Positions 29,265 to 39,136 of a DNA stretch of 64,000 nucleotides are shown in pieces. The notes beneath the pieces were generated by a model. That model was given only the letters and a program-made list of their open reading frames with translations. It was not told the DNA's origin and searched no databases. The stretch comes from an uncultured Candidatus Rokubacteria bacterium. Its GTDB lineage: Bacteria > Methylomirabilota > Methylomirabilia > Rokubacteriales > CSP1-6. Location: NCBI GenBank assembly GCA_963789955.1, contig CAWBMV010000006.1, positions 352,001 through 416,000 on the forward strand. The letters are read 5' to 3'. The first letter of the stretch is position 1. Each line of letters begins with the position of its first letter. Position numbers and translations under genes: made by a program.

Positions 29265-30899
29265 CTAGAACATCGAGAAGTCTTCGGCCTTCTCGGTGAG
29301 GAACTCGAGGAGCGCCGGCGTTCCCTCCTGCGTCTTCTTGATGGCGCGCCGGATGGCCGGCACGATCTCGCTCGGCTCGGACACACGCTCGCCGTGACCG
29401 CCGAACGCCCGCGCCATGGCCGCGTAGTCGCCGCTGATGTCGGTCGACCGATACTTGGCCGTGGCCGTCTTCATGATCTTCAGCTCGATCGCCATCGAGA
29501 AGTTGTTGAGCAGGATCGAGAGAATCGGGATCCGCTCGCGGACGGCCGTCTCGAAGTCCATCCCGGTGAAGCCGATCGCGGCGTCACCCCAGACGTTCAC
29601 GCAGAGCTTCTCGGGCGCGGCGAGCTTCGCGCCCATCGCGAGGCCCAGACCGTAGCCGAGTTGGGTCGTCTTGCCCCAGCCGATGTAGCTGAGCGGGGTG
29701 ATCGGCTCCCAGAACGGGGAGATCTGATCGCGCGGGCTGCCGGCGTCGTGCGTGATGATCGTGTTGGCGACGTCGACCGTGTGCATCAGGTCCCAGATCA
29801 CGCGGTACGGGGAGAGCGGCTTCGTGTCCTGCGTGAGCCGCGGGGTCCACTTGGCCAGCCACTCGCTCTTGAGATTCTTGATCTCCTGCGTGACGGCCGA
29901 GAGGCGGCCGCGCGGCCCGCCCTTGAGACGATCCTTCACTTCGACGAGCAGCGCCTGCAAGGTGAGGCCGGCGTCGCCGACCAGGGCGAGATCGGCCGGC
30001 ACGTCTTTGTTGATGTCGGTCGCGTCCAGGGTCGCGTGGGCGATCTTCTTGCCCTTCGGCATCGCGACGCCGTAGTTGGTCGTGGCGAAACTACAGCCGA
30101 TTCCGAAGATAAGGTCCGAGTTCGTCAGGAAGTGGTGGAGCTGCTGCGAGATGGAGCGGCCGCCCGAGCCGAGCGACAGCGGGTGGTTCTCGGGAAACGC
30201 GCTCTTGCCCTGGAGGCTCGTCGTCACCGGCGCTTCCAGGAGCTCGGCCAGGTCACGCAGCACCTGCCACGCGCGCGCATAGTGCACGCCCTGACCGGCG
30301 TAGATCACGGGCCGCTGGGCCGCCACGAGCGCCTCGGCCACGCGGGAGACGTCGCGCGGATCCGGGCCCGACTTGAGCCGCGGCGTCGGCGTGTAGTTGA
30401 TCGGCTCCGGGACGTCCTCTCGGAGCAGATCGACCGGGAACTCGATCAGCACCGGCCGCGGGCGACCGTTCTTCACCTGAGTGAACGCGCGGCGCATCGC
30501 GTCGACCACCGCGTCGGGGACGATGACCTGCTCGCACCACTTCGTGACGTGCTGGAAGTTCAGGAACGAGTTGAAGTTGGGCTCGATGTTCGTGATCCGC
30601 CGCGGGTAGCCCCCGGGGAGGACGATGATCGGTACCGAGTCGCCGTAGGCCTGAGCCACGCCGCCGAAGGCGTTCTCCGAGCCCGGGCCGTGCTGCATCG
30701 CGAACACGCCGATCCGCTCGCCCGAGGAGATGCGGCTGACGGCATCGGCCATGTGCAGACCGGTCCGCTCCTGGCGGACGATGATCGTGCGGATGTCGGC
30801 TTCCGCGGCGGCTTCGATGATCGGGTTGACCGGATAGCCGATGAGAAACTTCACGCCTTCACGCTTGAGGATTTCCGCGACGGCCGCTGCTGCCTTCAT
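29265..30899 (-). CDS. Thiamine pyrophosphate-dependent enzyme (acetolactate synthase-like)
   Basis: RQERTGLHMADA, HGPG, GDAAIG...NN TPP motif. Confidence 0.85.
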   Translation of the reverse strand: MKAAAAVAEILKREGVKFLIGYPVNPIIEAAAEADIRTIIVRQERTGLHMADAVSRISSGERIGVFAMQHGPGSENAFGGVAQAYGDSVPIIVLPGGYPRRITNIEPNFNSFLNFQHVTKWCEQVIVPDAVVDAMRRAFTQVKNGRPRPVLIEFPVDLLREDVPEPINYTPTPRLKSGPDPRDVSRVAEALVAAQRPVIYAGQGVHYARAWQVLRDLAELLEAPVTTSLQGKSAFPENHPLSLGSGGRSISQQLHHFLTNSDLIFGIGCSFATTNYGVAMPKGKKIAHATLDATDINKDVPADLALVGDAGLTLQALLVEVKDRLKGGPRGRLSAVTQEIKNLKSEWLAKWTPRLTQDTKPLSPYRVIWDLMHTVDVANTIITHDAGSPRDQISPFWEPITPLSYIGWGKTTQLGYGLGLAMGAKLAAPEKLCVNVWGDAAIGFTGMDFETAVRERIPILSILLNNFSMAIELKIMKTATAKYRSTDISGDYAAMARAFGGHGERVSEPSEIVPAIRRAIKKTQEGTPALLEFLTEKAEDFSMF

Positions 30900-31002
30900 G
30901 ATCCACTCTCCCAGGGTCGAGGTCAGAAGCTCGAGATTGCCCCGCGTCGGGGCGCGAGTCCGTCATATCCTACGCCAGGCCTGCAAGGCGGGGAGGACTA
31001 AG

Positions 31003-32334
31003 ATGACGCGCGACGAGCTCAAGCGACGTGTCGACGAGGCGATCGAGCGTCACGCCGATGAGATCATCGAGGTCGGCGAGACGATCCGCCGCCATCCGGA
31101 GCTCGGCTTCAAGGAATCGCGGACGGCCGCGCTCGTCGAGTCGAAGTTCCGCAAGCTCGGCCTGACGCCGCGCGCCGGGCTCGCGCTCACCGGTGTACGG
31201 GCCGACGTGGCCGGCGGACAGGGCCCGGGCCCCACGTTCGCGCTCCTGGGCGAGCTCGACGGGCTCGTGGTGACCGGTCATCCCGAGGCCGATCCCGTGA
31301 CGGGCGCCGCTCACGCCTGCGGCCACAATGCCCAGATCGCCGGGCTGATCGGCGCCGCGATCGGCCTGGTCACGACCAAGGCCCTCGAGCACCTCGCGGG
31401 TCGCGTGGCCCTGATGGCCGTTCCGGCCGAAGAGGGCGGCGATCTCGAATGGCGCCTCAACGAGGTTCGCGCAGGAAGACTCGAGTTCCTCGGGGGCAAG
31501 TGCGAGCTGCTGCGTCTCGGGCATCTCGACGATGTCGACATGGCGATGATGATCCACACGACGTCGCGTCCCGAGGACGGCTCGGCGTGCGTGCCCGGCT
31601 CCAACAACGGGCGCTTCGGCAAGACCGTGCGCTTCATCGGGCGCGCCGCGCACGCGGGCGGGGCGCCGCACATGGGCGTCAACGCGCTCTACGCGGCCCA
31701 GATCGCGCTGGCCGGGATCAATGCGGTCCGCGAGACCTTCCGCGACGACGACACGATCCGCGTTCACCCGATCCTGACCCACGGCGGCTCGCAGGTGAAC
31801 GTCATCCCCGGCGAGGCGCGCATCGAGACGTACGTGCGCGGCCGCACGCTCGAGGGGATCCGCGACGCCAACGAGAAGGTCGATCGCGCGCTCAGGGCCG
31901 GGGCCCTGGCGCTCGGCGCCGAGGTCGAGATCGAGACCCTGCCAGGCTATCTGCCGCTGCGCACCGACGCGACGATGGCGCGCGCCTTCCGCCGCAACGC
32001 CGAAGGGCTCTTCGGGCCGGGCGAATGCCGCGAGGCCGGGCACCGCGCCGGCTCGACGGACATGGGCGACCTGAGCCAGGTGATCCCGGTCCTCCATCCG
32101 TATATGGGCGGCGCCCGCGGCACCGGGCATGCGGCGGACTACCAGATCGTCGACCGGCATCTGGCGTACGTGATGCCGGCGCGGGCGATGGCGGCGATGG
32201 CGGTCGACCTCCTCTGGGACGGTGCCGCCGGCGCGAAGGAGGTGACGGCGAAGGCGGTTCCGGGAATGACACGCCAGGCCTATGTGGAGTTCCAGCGAAG
32301 CGTGCGCCGGCGCGAGGTCTATCGAGGCGTGTAG
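31003..32334 (+). CDS. M20 amidohydrolase
   Basis: HPELGFKE, ELDGL, HACGHN, PAEEG, GSTDMGD. Confidence 0.9.
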   Translation: MTRDELKRRVDEAIERHADEIIEVGETIRRHPELGFKESRTAALVESKFRKLGLTPRAGLALTGVRADVAGGQGPGPTFALLGELDGLVVTGHPEADPVTGAAHACGHNAQIAGLIGAAIGLVTTKALEHLAGRVALMAVPAEEGGDLEWRLNEVRAGRLEFLGGKCELLRLGHLDDVDMAMMIHTTSRPEDGSACVPGSNNGRFGKTVRFIGRAAHAGGAPHMGVNALYAAQIALAGINAVRETFRDDDTIRVHPILTHGGSQVNVIPGEARIETYVRGRTLEGIRDANEKVDRALRAGALALGAEVEIETLPGYLPLRTDATMARAFRRNAEGLFGPGECREAGHRAGSTDMGDLSQVIPVLHPYMGGARGTGHAADYQIVDRHLAYVMPARAMAAMAVDLLWDGAAGAKEVTAKAVPGMTRQAYVEFQRSVRRREVYRGV

Positions 32335-32358
32335 GCTCAGTGAACCCGAACGCGCGAG

Positions 32359-32400
32359 TTGATTCTCGGTCGGCGCGCCCGTAAAATGAACCGCGGTTCA
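32359..32400 (+). promoter_or_regulatory. sigma70 promoter with TetR operator palindrome
   Basis: TTGATT-17-TAAAAT followed by perfect palindrome TGAACCGCGGTTCA (32387-32400). Confidence 0.75.
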
Positions 32401-32410
32401 GTCAGAATTC

Positions 32411-32998
32411 ATGCGTGATCCCGACAAGCCCCAACAGATCATCGACGCCGCGATCCGCGTGTTCGCGCGTAACGGCTACTACAACTCGCGCGTCTCGGAC
32501 ATCGCCCGCGAGGCCGGCATCGCCAGCGGCACGATCTATCTCTACTTCAAGACCAAGGACGAAATCCTCGTCACCTTGTTCCGCGAGAAGATGGCGGAGT
32601 GGGTGGCGTCCGTACGCCGGGAGGTCGCCGCCGAGCGCGACCCGCTGGCGAAGGTCCGGAAGATCGTGGCCCTGCACTTCCGGGTGCTCGAAGACAACCC
32701 CGAGCTCGCCGAAGTCCTCCAGGTCGAGCTGCGGCAGGGCCAGAAGTTCTTCCGCGGCGCGTCGGCGCACGAGGTCTCGGCCTACTTCGGCGTGATCAAC
32801 GACGTCCTCGAGGAGGGCGCGGCCTCGGGGCAGATCCGCCGCGACCTCCCGGTGAAGATCGCGACCAAGATGCTCTTCGGCGCGATGGACCAGCTCGCCA
32901 CCTCGTGGGTCCTCGGCAAGCGCGCCTATCGCCTGACCGAGGCGGCCGAACCGGTCGCGACAATCTTTCTCCAGGGAGTTTGCGCTCATGGCGTTTGA
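32411..32998 (+). CDS. TetR-family regulator (Bacillus FadR/YsiA-like)
   Basis: IIDAAIRVFARNGYYNSRVSDIAREAGIASGTIYLYFKTKDEIL; QVELRQ. Confidence 0.9.
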   Translation: MRDPDKPQQIIDAAIRVFARNGYYNSRVSDIAREAGIASGTIYLYFKTKDEILVTLFREKMAEWVASVRREVAAERDPLAKVRKIVALHFRVLEDNPELAEVLQVELRQGQKFFRGASAHEVSAYFGVINDVLEEGAASGQIRRDLPVKIATKMLFGAMDQLATSWVLGKRAYRLTEAAEPVATIFLQGVCAHGV

Positions 32999-33762
32999 GA
33001 CTCTGCTCTTCGCGCGCGAGGAGAGCTTCGCGGTCATCACCTTGAATCGTCCGCCCGCCAACGCGATCAGCGTCGAGCTCGTCCGCGACCTCAACGCGGC
33101 GCTCAACTCGGTGGAGAACGACGACGCGGTCCGCTCGGTCATCATCACCGGCGCGGGCGATCGCATCTTCTGCGCCGGCGCCGACCTCGGCTCGGCCTTC
33201 TCCGGCGACGACGTCGACACGTTCATCCGGTTCGGCAACAGCGTCATGCGCAAGATCGAACGGTTCCCGAAGCCCGTCATCGCGGCGGTCAACGGCCACG
33301 CGCTCGGCGGCGGCTGCGAGATCGCGATGGCCTGCCACTTCCGTCTGGTCAAAGAGTCGGCGCGGATGGGACAGACCGAGTCGAACCTCGGTATCACGCC
33401 CGGCTTCGGTGGCTCGCAGCGCATGCCGCGGCTCATCGGCCGCACCAAGGCCCTCGAGTTCCTGATCCTCGGCACGCAGGTTCCGGCACCAGGAGTGCCT
33501 GGCGCTCGGCCTCGCCAACAAGCTCACGAAAGAGGGCGAGACGCTCGACGACGCCAAAGCCCTCGCGCGCCAGATCGCCAAGCGTCCGCCGATCGCCACC
33601 CGCCTCATCATCGAGGCGGTCGACGAAGGGCTCGAGGCGCCGATCGACAAGGCCATCGACATCGAGGTCCGTGCCTTCCTGAAGACGCTCAAGACCGAGG
33701 ACGCCTCGGAAGGCATCCAGGCGTTCTTCGCCAAGCGCGAGCCGAACTTCAAGGGCAAGTAG
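32988..33762 (+). CDS. Enoyl-CoA hydratase (crotonase), frameshift ~33490
   Basis: FCAGADL, ALGGGCE, PGFGGSQR; ends EGIQAFFAKREPNFKGK. Confidence 0.9.
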
Positions 33763-34513
33763 ATGGACCTCGGCATCCGCGGCAAGGTCGCGCTCGTGAC
33801 GGGCGCCGCGCGGAGTCTCGGCAAGGCCGACGCGCAGGCGCTGGCCGCCGAGGGGTGCGCGATCGCGATCCTGGACCTCGATGGCGACGGCGCCGCCGGA
33901 GCGGCCGGCGAGATCGAGGCCTCGGGCGGGCGCGCGCGCGGCTACGCCTGCGACATTCGCGAATCGGCCCAGATCCAGGACGTCGTGAGCCGCGTCGAGC
34001 GCGACCTCGGCCCGGTCGACATCTGCGTGAACAACGCCGGACTGATCTACACCGTGGCTCAGCTCAAGGACATGAAGCGATGAGGACTGGGAGCTGAACC
34101 TCGCGGTGAACGTCACGGGAACGTACAAGGTGACGAAGGCGGTGTTTCCGGGGATGCGCGAGCGACGCTGGGGCCGGATCGTCTGCATGGCGTCGATCGC
34201 CGGTCTGATGGGCGGCTTCGGTCAGACCGCATACGCGACCAGCAAGATCGGGCTGATCGGTTTCGCGAAATCGGTCGCGCTCGAGGGCGCCCGCTACAAT
34301 GTGACGTGCAATGCGATCGCGCCCGGGATCATCGCGCCCAATGCGAAGCTGAGCCCGCTCTACGAGCGGATGGTCAAGCGGGTCGCGATGCAGCGCGAAG
34401 GGGAGCCCGAGGACGTGGCCAACGCCGTCGCCTTCCTGTGCTCCGAACGTGCGCGCTACATCACCGGCGCGGTGCTGACGGTGACCGGCGGAATGGACCT
34501 CTTCACATTTTGA
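33763..34513 (+). CDS. SDR, 3-oxoacyl reductase-like, frameshift ~34078
   Basis: TGAARSLG, NNAG, YATSK. Confidence 0.85.
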
Positions 34514-34592
34514 TGGCCGAACGTCGGGTGCCGGAGCCCCGGCGAAGGCATCCCGACGCGAAATCAGAATGCGACGCAGACAGGAGGACACG

Positions 34593-34913
34593 ATGCCCAC
34601 AGTGAAAGAGACGTTCGACGCGATGGCTTCGCGGTTCCGGACCGACAAGGCGGCCGGGACCAACGCGGTGATCCAGTACGACGTGAGCGGCGACGGGGGT
34701 GGCACCTGGCACGCCGTCATCAAGGACGGCGCCTGCACCGTCAAGCCGGGCGCCGGCACGAACCCCAACCTGACCCTTCAGATCTCGGCGCAGGACTGGC
34801 TCGACATGCTCTCGGGCAAGCAGTCGGGGCAGATGCTGTTCATGTCGGGCAAGCTGAAGGTCAAAGGGGACATGGGGCTCGCGATGAAGCTCGGCTCGAT
34901 GTTCCAGATGTGA
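34593..34913 (+). CDS. SCP2 lipid-carrier domain protein
   Basis: LFMSGKLKVKGDMGLAMKL; SD AGGAGG. Confidence 0.9.
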   Translation: MPTVKETFDAMASRFRTDKAAGTNAVIQYDVSGDGGGTWHAVIKDGACTVKPGAGTNPNLTLQISAQDWLDMLSGKQSGQMLFMSGKLKVKGDMGLAMKLGSMFQM

Positions 34914-34946
34914 CGGGACCAACCCCCACGCAAGGAGCCTGTTGAT

Positions 34947-36065
34947 ATGGCGCAGGAGCGGTTCGCGGACGTCGTCGAGCGGTTCACCAGCGGATTCGCC
35001 GCCGATGCGCCCGCCGCGACGATCAAGCAGTGGCAGGAGGAGCTCGAGCGCGGAGTCCGCCGGCTCCAGAATCTCCACGGGCTGATGACCAATCCGGTCG
35101 AGCCCAAGATCGGTCAGACGCCGCGCGTCGAGATCTACAAGCGCAACAAGTCACGGCTCTACCGGTACGAGTCCAAGCGCACGCATCGGACACCCGTGCT
35201 CTTCGTGCCGAACCTCGGCATCAGCCGCCCGTACATCTTCGATCTCCTGCCCGGCGGCAGCTTCATCGAGCACATGACGAACCAGGGCTTCGACTTCTAT
35301 CTGCTCGACTGGGGCGTCTTCGGTCCGGAGGACAACGACCTCTCCGTCGAGGAGTGCGTGACGAAGATCCTGCCGCGGATGGCCCGGCGCGTGCTCGAGA
35401 CGTCCGAGACCGACGAGCTTTCGGTGCTGGGCTATTGCATGGGGGCGCCCATCTCGGCGTCGTTCGTCGCCTCGCACCCGGAAGTACGGGTGAAGAACTT
35501 CGTCAACATGGCCGGGCCCATCGACTTCGCGAAAGTCGGGCTCTTCGGGCTCTGGCTCGGCAAGGACAAGTTCAACGTCGACCGTTTCGTCGACACGCTC
35601 GGCTCGGTGCCGGCCGACATGGTCAAGGCCGGGTTCAAGCTGCTCAAGCCGACGATGGACCTGTCGACGAACCTGAACCTCTGGTGGAACATGTGGAACG
35701 ACAAGTACCTCGAAGGCTTCCAGGCCCTGAACAAGTGGGCGAACGAGTACGTGGCGTTCCCGGGCGAGTTCTTCCGGCAGTGGGTGCGCGATTTCTACCA
35801 GGACAACAAGCTCTACCGCGACGAGCTCGTCATGGGCGGTCGCCCGATTCGGCTCGAGCGCATCACGTGCCCGGTCTTCGTCGTCGGCGCGAAGGAGGAC
35901 TACATCGCGCCCCCCGAGTGTGTACGCGCGCTCATCGACAAGGTCGGCAGCCGCGAGAAGGAGTACATCGAGCTGCCCGGTGGGCACATCTCGCTCATCG
36001 CCGGGCGGGGCGCGGCTGTCCACTGCTGGCCGAAGGTCTCGGCCTGGCTGGCCCCTCGCTCCTAG
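34947..36065 (+). CDS. phaC: Class III PHA synthase, PhaC subunit
   Basis: GQTPR, RPYIFDL, LLDWG, lipase box GYCMG, EDYIAPP, GGHI; 372 aa. Confidence 0.9.
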   Translation: MAQERFADVVERFTSGFAADAPAATIKQWQEELERGVRRLQNLHGLMTNPVEPKIGQTPRVEIYKRNKSRLYRYESKRTHRTPVLFVPNLGISRPYIFDLLPGGSFIEHMTNQGFDFYLLDWGVFGPEDNDLSVEECVTKILPRMARRVLETSETDELSVLGYCMGAPISASFVASHPEVRVKNFVNMAGPIDFAKVGLFGLWLGKDKFNVDRFVDTLGSVPADMVKAGFKLLKPTMDLSTNLNLWWNMWNDKYLEGFQALNKWANEYVAFPGEFFRQWVRDFYQDNKLYRDELVMGGRPIRLERITCPVFVVGAKEDYIAPPECVRALIDKVGSREKEYIELPGGHISLIAGRGAAVHCWPKVSAWLAPRS

Positions 36066-36116
36066 CCGGACGCTTTCGTTGACGCGAGGCGTCACGGCGG
36101 CGTAACATCAGAAGTG

Positions 36117-36641
36117 ATGGCTGACGCTCCCGGACCGAACCAGCTGTTCGAGCAGTGGAGGAAGCAGTTCGAGGAAGGCGCGCAGGCCTGGTCGCGCCTC
36201 ATCACTCAAACCGCGGCCGCCGCTCCGAGCCCGACGCCGGATCCGACGGCGTTCTGGCGTCCGGTGCTCGACCAGGGCGTTCAGGCCTGGGCCAGGCTCT
36301 TCGCCCAGACACCCGCCACACCCGAGCTCCTGACGCAGTGGAAGCAGTTCCTCGACCAGTGGATCGAAGCGTGGTCCAAGGTGCTCGGCCAGGCCATGGG
36401 CACCGAGCAGTTCGCGAAGCTGATGGGCCAGTCGCTCGACCAGATGCTCGTCACGGCCGCGCCGGCGAAGAAGGCCGTCGATCAGCAGATCGAGCAGACG
36501 CTCCAGGCGCTGAACCTTCCGTCGCGCAGCCAGCTCACCGCGATCGCGAAGCAGATCGTCGAGCTCGAGGATCGAATCGACCGGCTCGAGGATTCGATCA
36601 GCGCCAAGCTCCGACGGCTCACGGAGCGGGAGCCCCGATGA
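36117..36641 (+). CDS. phaE: PHA synthase PhaE subunit
   Basis: Follows phaC; MGTEQFAKLMGQ, LNLPSRSQL...ELEDRIDRLE. Confidence 0.75.
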   Translation: MADAPGPNQLFEQWRKQFEEGAQAWSRLITQTAAAAPSPTPDPTAFWRPVLDQGVQAWARLFAQTPATPELLTQWKQFLDQWIEAWSKVLGQAMGTEQFAKLMGQSLDQMLVTAAPAKKAVDQQIEQTLQALNLPSRSQLTAIAKQIVELEDRIDRLEDSISAKLRRLTEREPR

Positions 36642-37182
36642 TCGGCCGTACGATCGCCGAGCTCGCTCCGGGCGACCACGCCGAGCTCGTCCGCCAGGTC
36701 GAAGACGACGACATCGCCGGCTTCATCGACGCCGTCGGCGATCTGAACCCCGTGCACAGCGACGCCGCGTATGCGGCGACGACCCCGTTCAAGGAACCCA
36801 TCGCCCCCGGCATCTTCACCGCGGGACTGATCTCGGCGGTCATCGGCACGCAGCTTCCCGGACCCGGCGCGATCTACCTTTCGCAGAGCCTCAAGTTCAT
36901 CAAGCCGGTCAAGGCCGGGGACACGATCACCGCGAAGGTGCACGTGCTCGAGGTGATTCGCGAGCGCAATCGGCTCCGCCTCCAGACGGTCTGCGTGAAC
37001 CAGCGAGGCGAAGAGGTGCTATCGGGCGAAGCGTGGGTGATGCCGTCGAAGGCGCGCGTCGTCTACGACGAGCGGTCACACCGCGGCGGTCGCTCGCGGC
37101 GCTCGCGCTCCAGCCGTGGGCGCTGGCGGCCCACGCCGTGCGGCTGTGGGCCACCGTCGTTACATCAGCAGTCCGCCGTTGA
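36638..37182 (+). CDS. phaJ: (R)-specific enoyl-CoA hydratase (MaoC), 3' end frameshifted ~37080 and approximate
   Basis: GDLNPVH, LPGPGAIYLSQSLKFIKPVKAGD. Confidence 0.8.
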
Positions 37183-37903
37183 TCGAGAGCTCGGCGCCGG
37201 TGATGTAGTCGCCGTCGGACGAGACGAGATAGACGACGGCGCGACCGACCTCTTCCACCGTCCCGAAGCGCTTCAGCGGGATCTGACTCAAGAGCCTGTC
37301 GCGCACCTTCTCCGGAATGCCCTGGACCATGTCCGTCTCGATGAAGCCGGGCGCCACCGCGTTCACCGTGACACCTTTGCCGGCGAGCTCCTTGGCGAGC
37401 GACTTGGTGAACGCCGCGACCCCGGCCTTCGAGGCCGCGTAGTTGGCCTGACCGAAGTTCCCGATCTGGCCGATGACCGAGGTGATGTTCACCACGCGGC
37501 CCCACTCCTGCTTGAGCATCTGGTCCACGAAGACCTTGGTGCAGTTGAAGACGCCGTCGAGGTTGATCGCGAGCACCTTGCGCCAGGACGCGTGGTCCAT
37601 CCTCACGAACGTCTTGTCCGAGTTGATCCCGGCGTTGTTGACGAGGATGTCGAGGTGACCGAACTCCTTCAGGACGTCCTGCGCCATCCGGAAGGTGTCG
37701 GGGTAGTCACCGACGTCGGCCTGCGCGAGGAGCGCGTGCCGCCCGATCTTGCGGATCTTGTCGGCGACCTCTCTGGCGGCGGGCTCGCTCGAGACGTAGT
37801 TGATCGCGACGTCGGCGCCTTCCTCGGCGAGCGCGAGTGCGATGGCACGCCCGATGCCGCGAGATCCTCCGGTCACGAGCGCTGTGCGCCCCTTGAGTTT
37901 CAT
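37160..37903 (-). CDS. phaB: Acetoacetyl-CoA reductase
   Basis: [36 protein letters not shown]; pha cluster context. Confidence 0.8.
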   Translation of the reverse strand: MKLKGRTALVTGGSRGIGRAIALALAEEGADVAINYVSSEPAAREVADKIRKIGRHALLAQADVGDYPDTFRMAQDVLKEFGHLDILVNNAGINSDKTFVRMDHASWRKVLAINLDGVFNCTKVFVDQMLKQEWGRVVNITSVIGQIGNFGQANYAASKAGVAAFTKSLAKELAGKGVTVNAVAPGFIETDMVQGIPEKVRDRLLSQIPLKRFGTVEEVGRAVVYLVSSDGDYITGAELSINGGLLM

Positions 37904-38025
37904 GCGAGTCACCTCCCGTCGGCGTGGGCCGTCAGTCTAGCACGGTGAAGTCGGGCCGGGGTCTTGACGCGGAGTGTTACGCCCGTCATAGTGACCCTCG
38001 AAGCCAGCCCGTAGAGGGAGTGCGC

Positions 38026-38521
38026 ATGGCGTACGTCATCAAGCGGTACTCGAATAGAAAGCTCTACGACACGCAGGAGAGTCGCTACGTCACCCTCGAG
38101 GAAATCGAGGAGATGATTCGCGCGCGGCAAGGAGATCGCGGTGGTCGATGCCGCCTCCGGCGAAGACCTCACGTCGGTGACCCTGGCCCAGATCATCCTC
38201 GAGAACGAGCGCAATCATCGCGCCACGCTCCCCACCGCGTTCCTTCACCAGCTCATCAAGCACGGAGAGGCCTGGCAGGATTTCGTGCAGCGATCGATGA
38301 AGTCGAGTCTCGAGGGCATCGTCTCGAGTCAGCGGGAGGTGGAGCGGATCTTCCAGGACTGGGCGTCGAGGGCGGGGTGGGGGATGCCCGGGCCCCGCGG
38401 CGAGCCACGCCGTGACGGCGTCGAGCCCGATGCGGAGCAGCTCCGCGAGGAAGTGTCGACGTTGCGAGAGCGCCTACGCTCCCTCGAGGAGCGACTCGAG
38501 AAACGCAAGAACCAGAAGTAA
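38026..38521 (+). CDS. phaR: PHA synthesis repressor PhaR, frameshift ~38125
   Basis: [44 protein letters not shown]. Confidence 0.9.
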
Positions 38522-38525
38522 CCGT

Positions 38526-38969
38526 CTAGTTCTGGTAGACGCCCTTCATCTTCTCGACGACCGCCGCATAGGTCTCCTGGATTCCCTTGCCGGCCTGCTC
38601 CGCCGACACCTGGATCCGCTCGGCCGAGCGCGTGATCGCCTGCGCCTGCCCTTCCATGAGCTTGACGGCCTTCTCGACGCCGTCGACGCCGCTCAGGAGC
38701 GCCTTCTGATACAGCTGCGCCGGATCCTTCGTGCCGTCCGACCAGGCGCTCTGCCAGCGCGTCGCGGCGGCCTGCGAGCTCCGCAAGGTCTCGAGGGCGC
38801 CCTGCTGCAGCTCGCCGCAGAGCCTCACACCTTCCTTCGCGGTGGCCGTCGAGAGCTCCACGAGCTCGCGCAGCACACGCTGGTTGGCATCCGCCCAGGC
38901 GCTCATCGTGTCGACCACTTTGCCGGTGAGCTGACCGAACATCTCTTCCACTTTCTTCTGCTCGTCCAT
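38526..38969 (-). CDS. Phasin-like granule-associated protein
   Basis: Amphipathic helical protein in the pha cluster; SD AGGAGG; promoter TTGACG-16-TATACT. Confidence 0.6.
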   Translation of the reverse strand: MDEQKKVEEMFGQLTGKVVDTMSAWADANQRVLRELVELSTATAKEGVRLCGELQQGALETLRSSQAAATRWQSAWSDGTKDPAQLYQKALLSGVDGVEKAVKLMEGQAQAITRSAERIQVSAEQAGKGIQETYAAVVEKMKGVYQN

Positions 38970-39136
38970 TGGTTCCTCCTGCATCCTCGTCGTTCGATAC
39001 GTTGGATACGCTCGAACTCGATTCCGAGTATAACGCGTCGCGTTAGGCCGTCAATCAGTATTTGCGCAACGCGTTATCTGCCGTGTGCTACCGTCGGTTA
39101 TCCCTTTCAGATTGATGATTTAGACGGAGGATCCTA

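Noticed and set aside
34081..34083. TGA in the SDR gene (and at 42215-42217 in ADH) as possible Sec codons
   Set aside because: Homology continues in a different frame, so these are frameshifts, not read-through.
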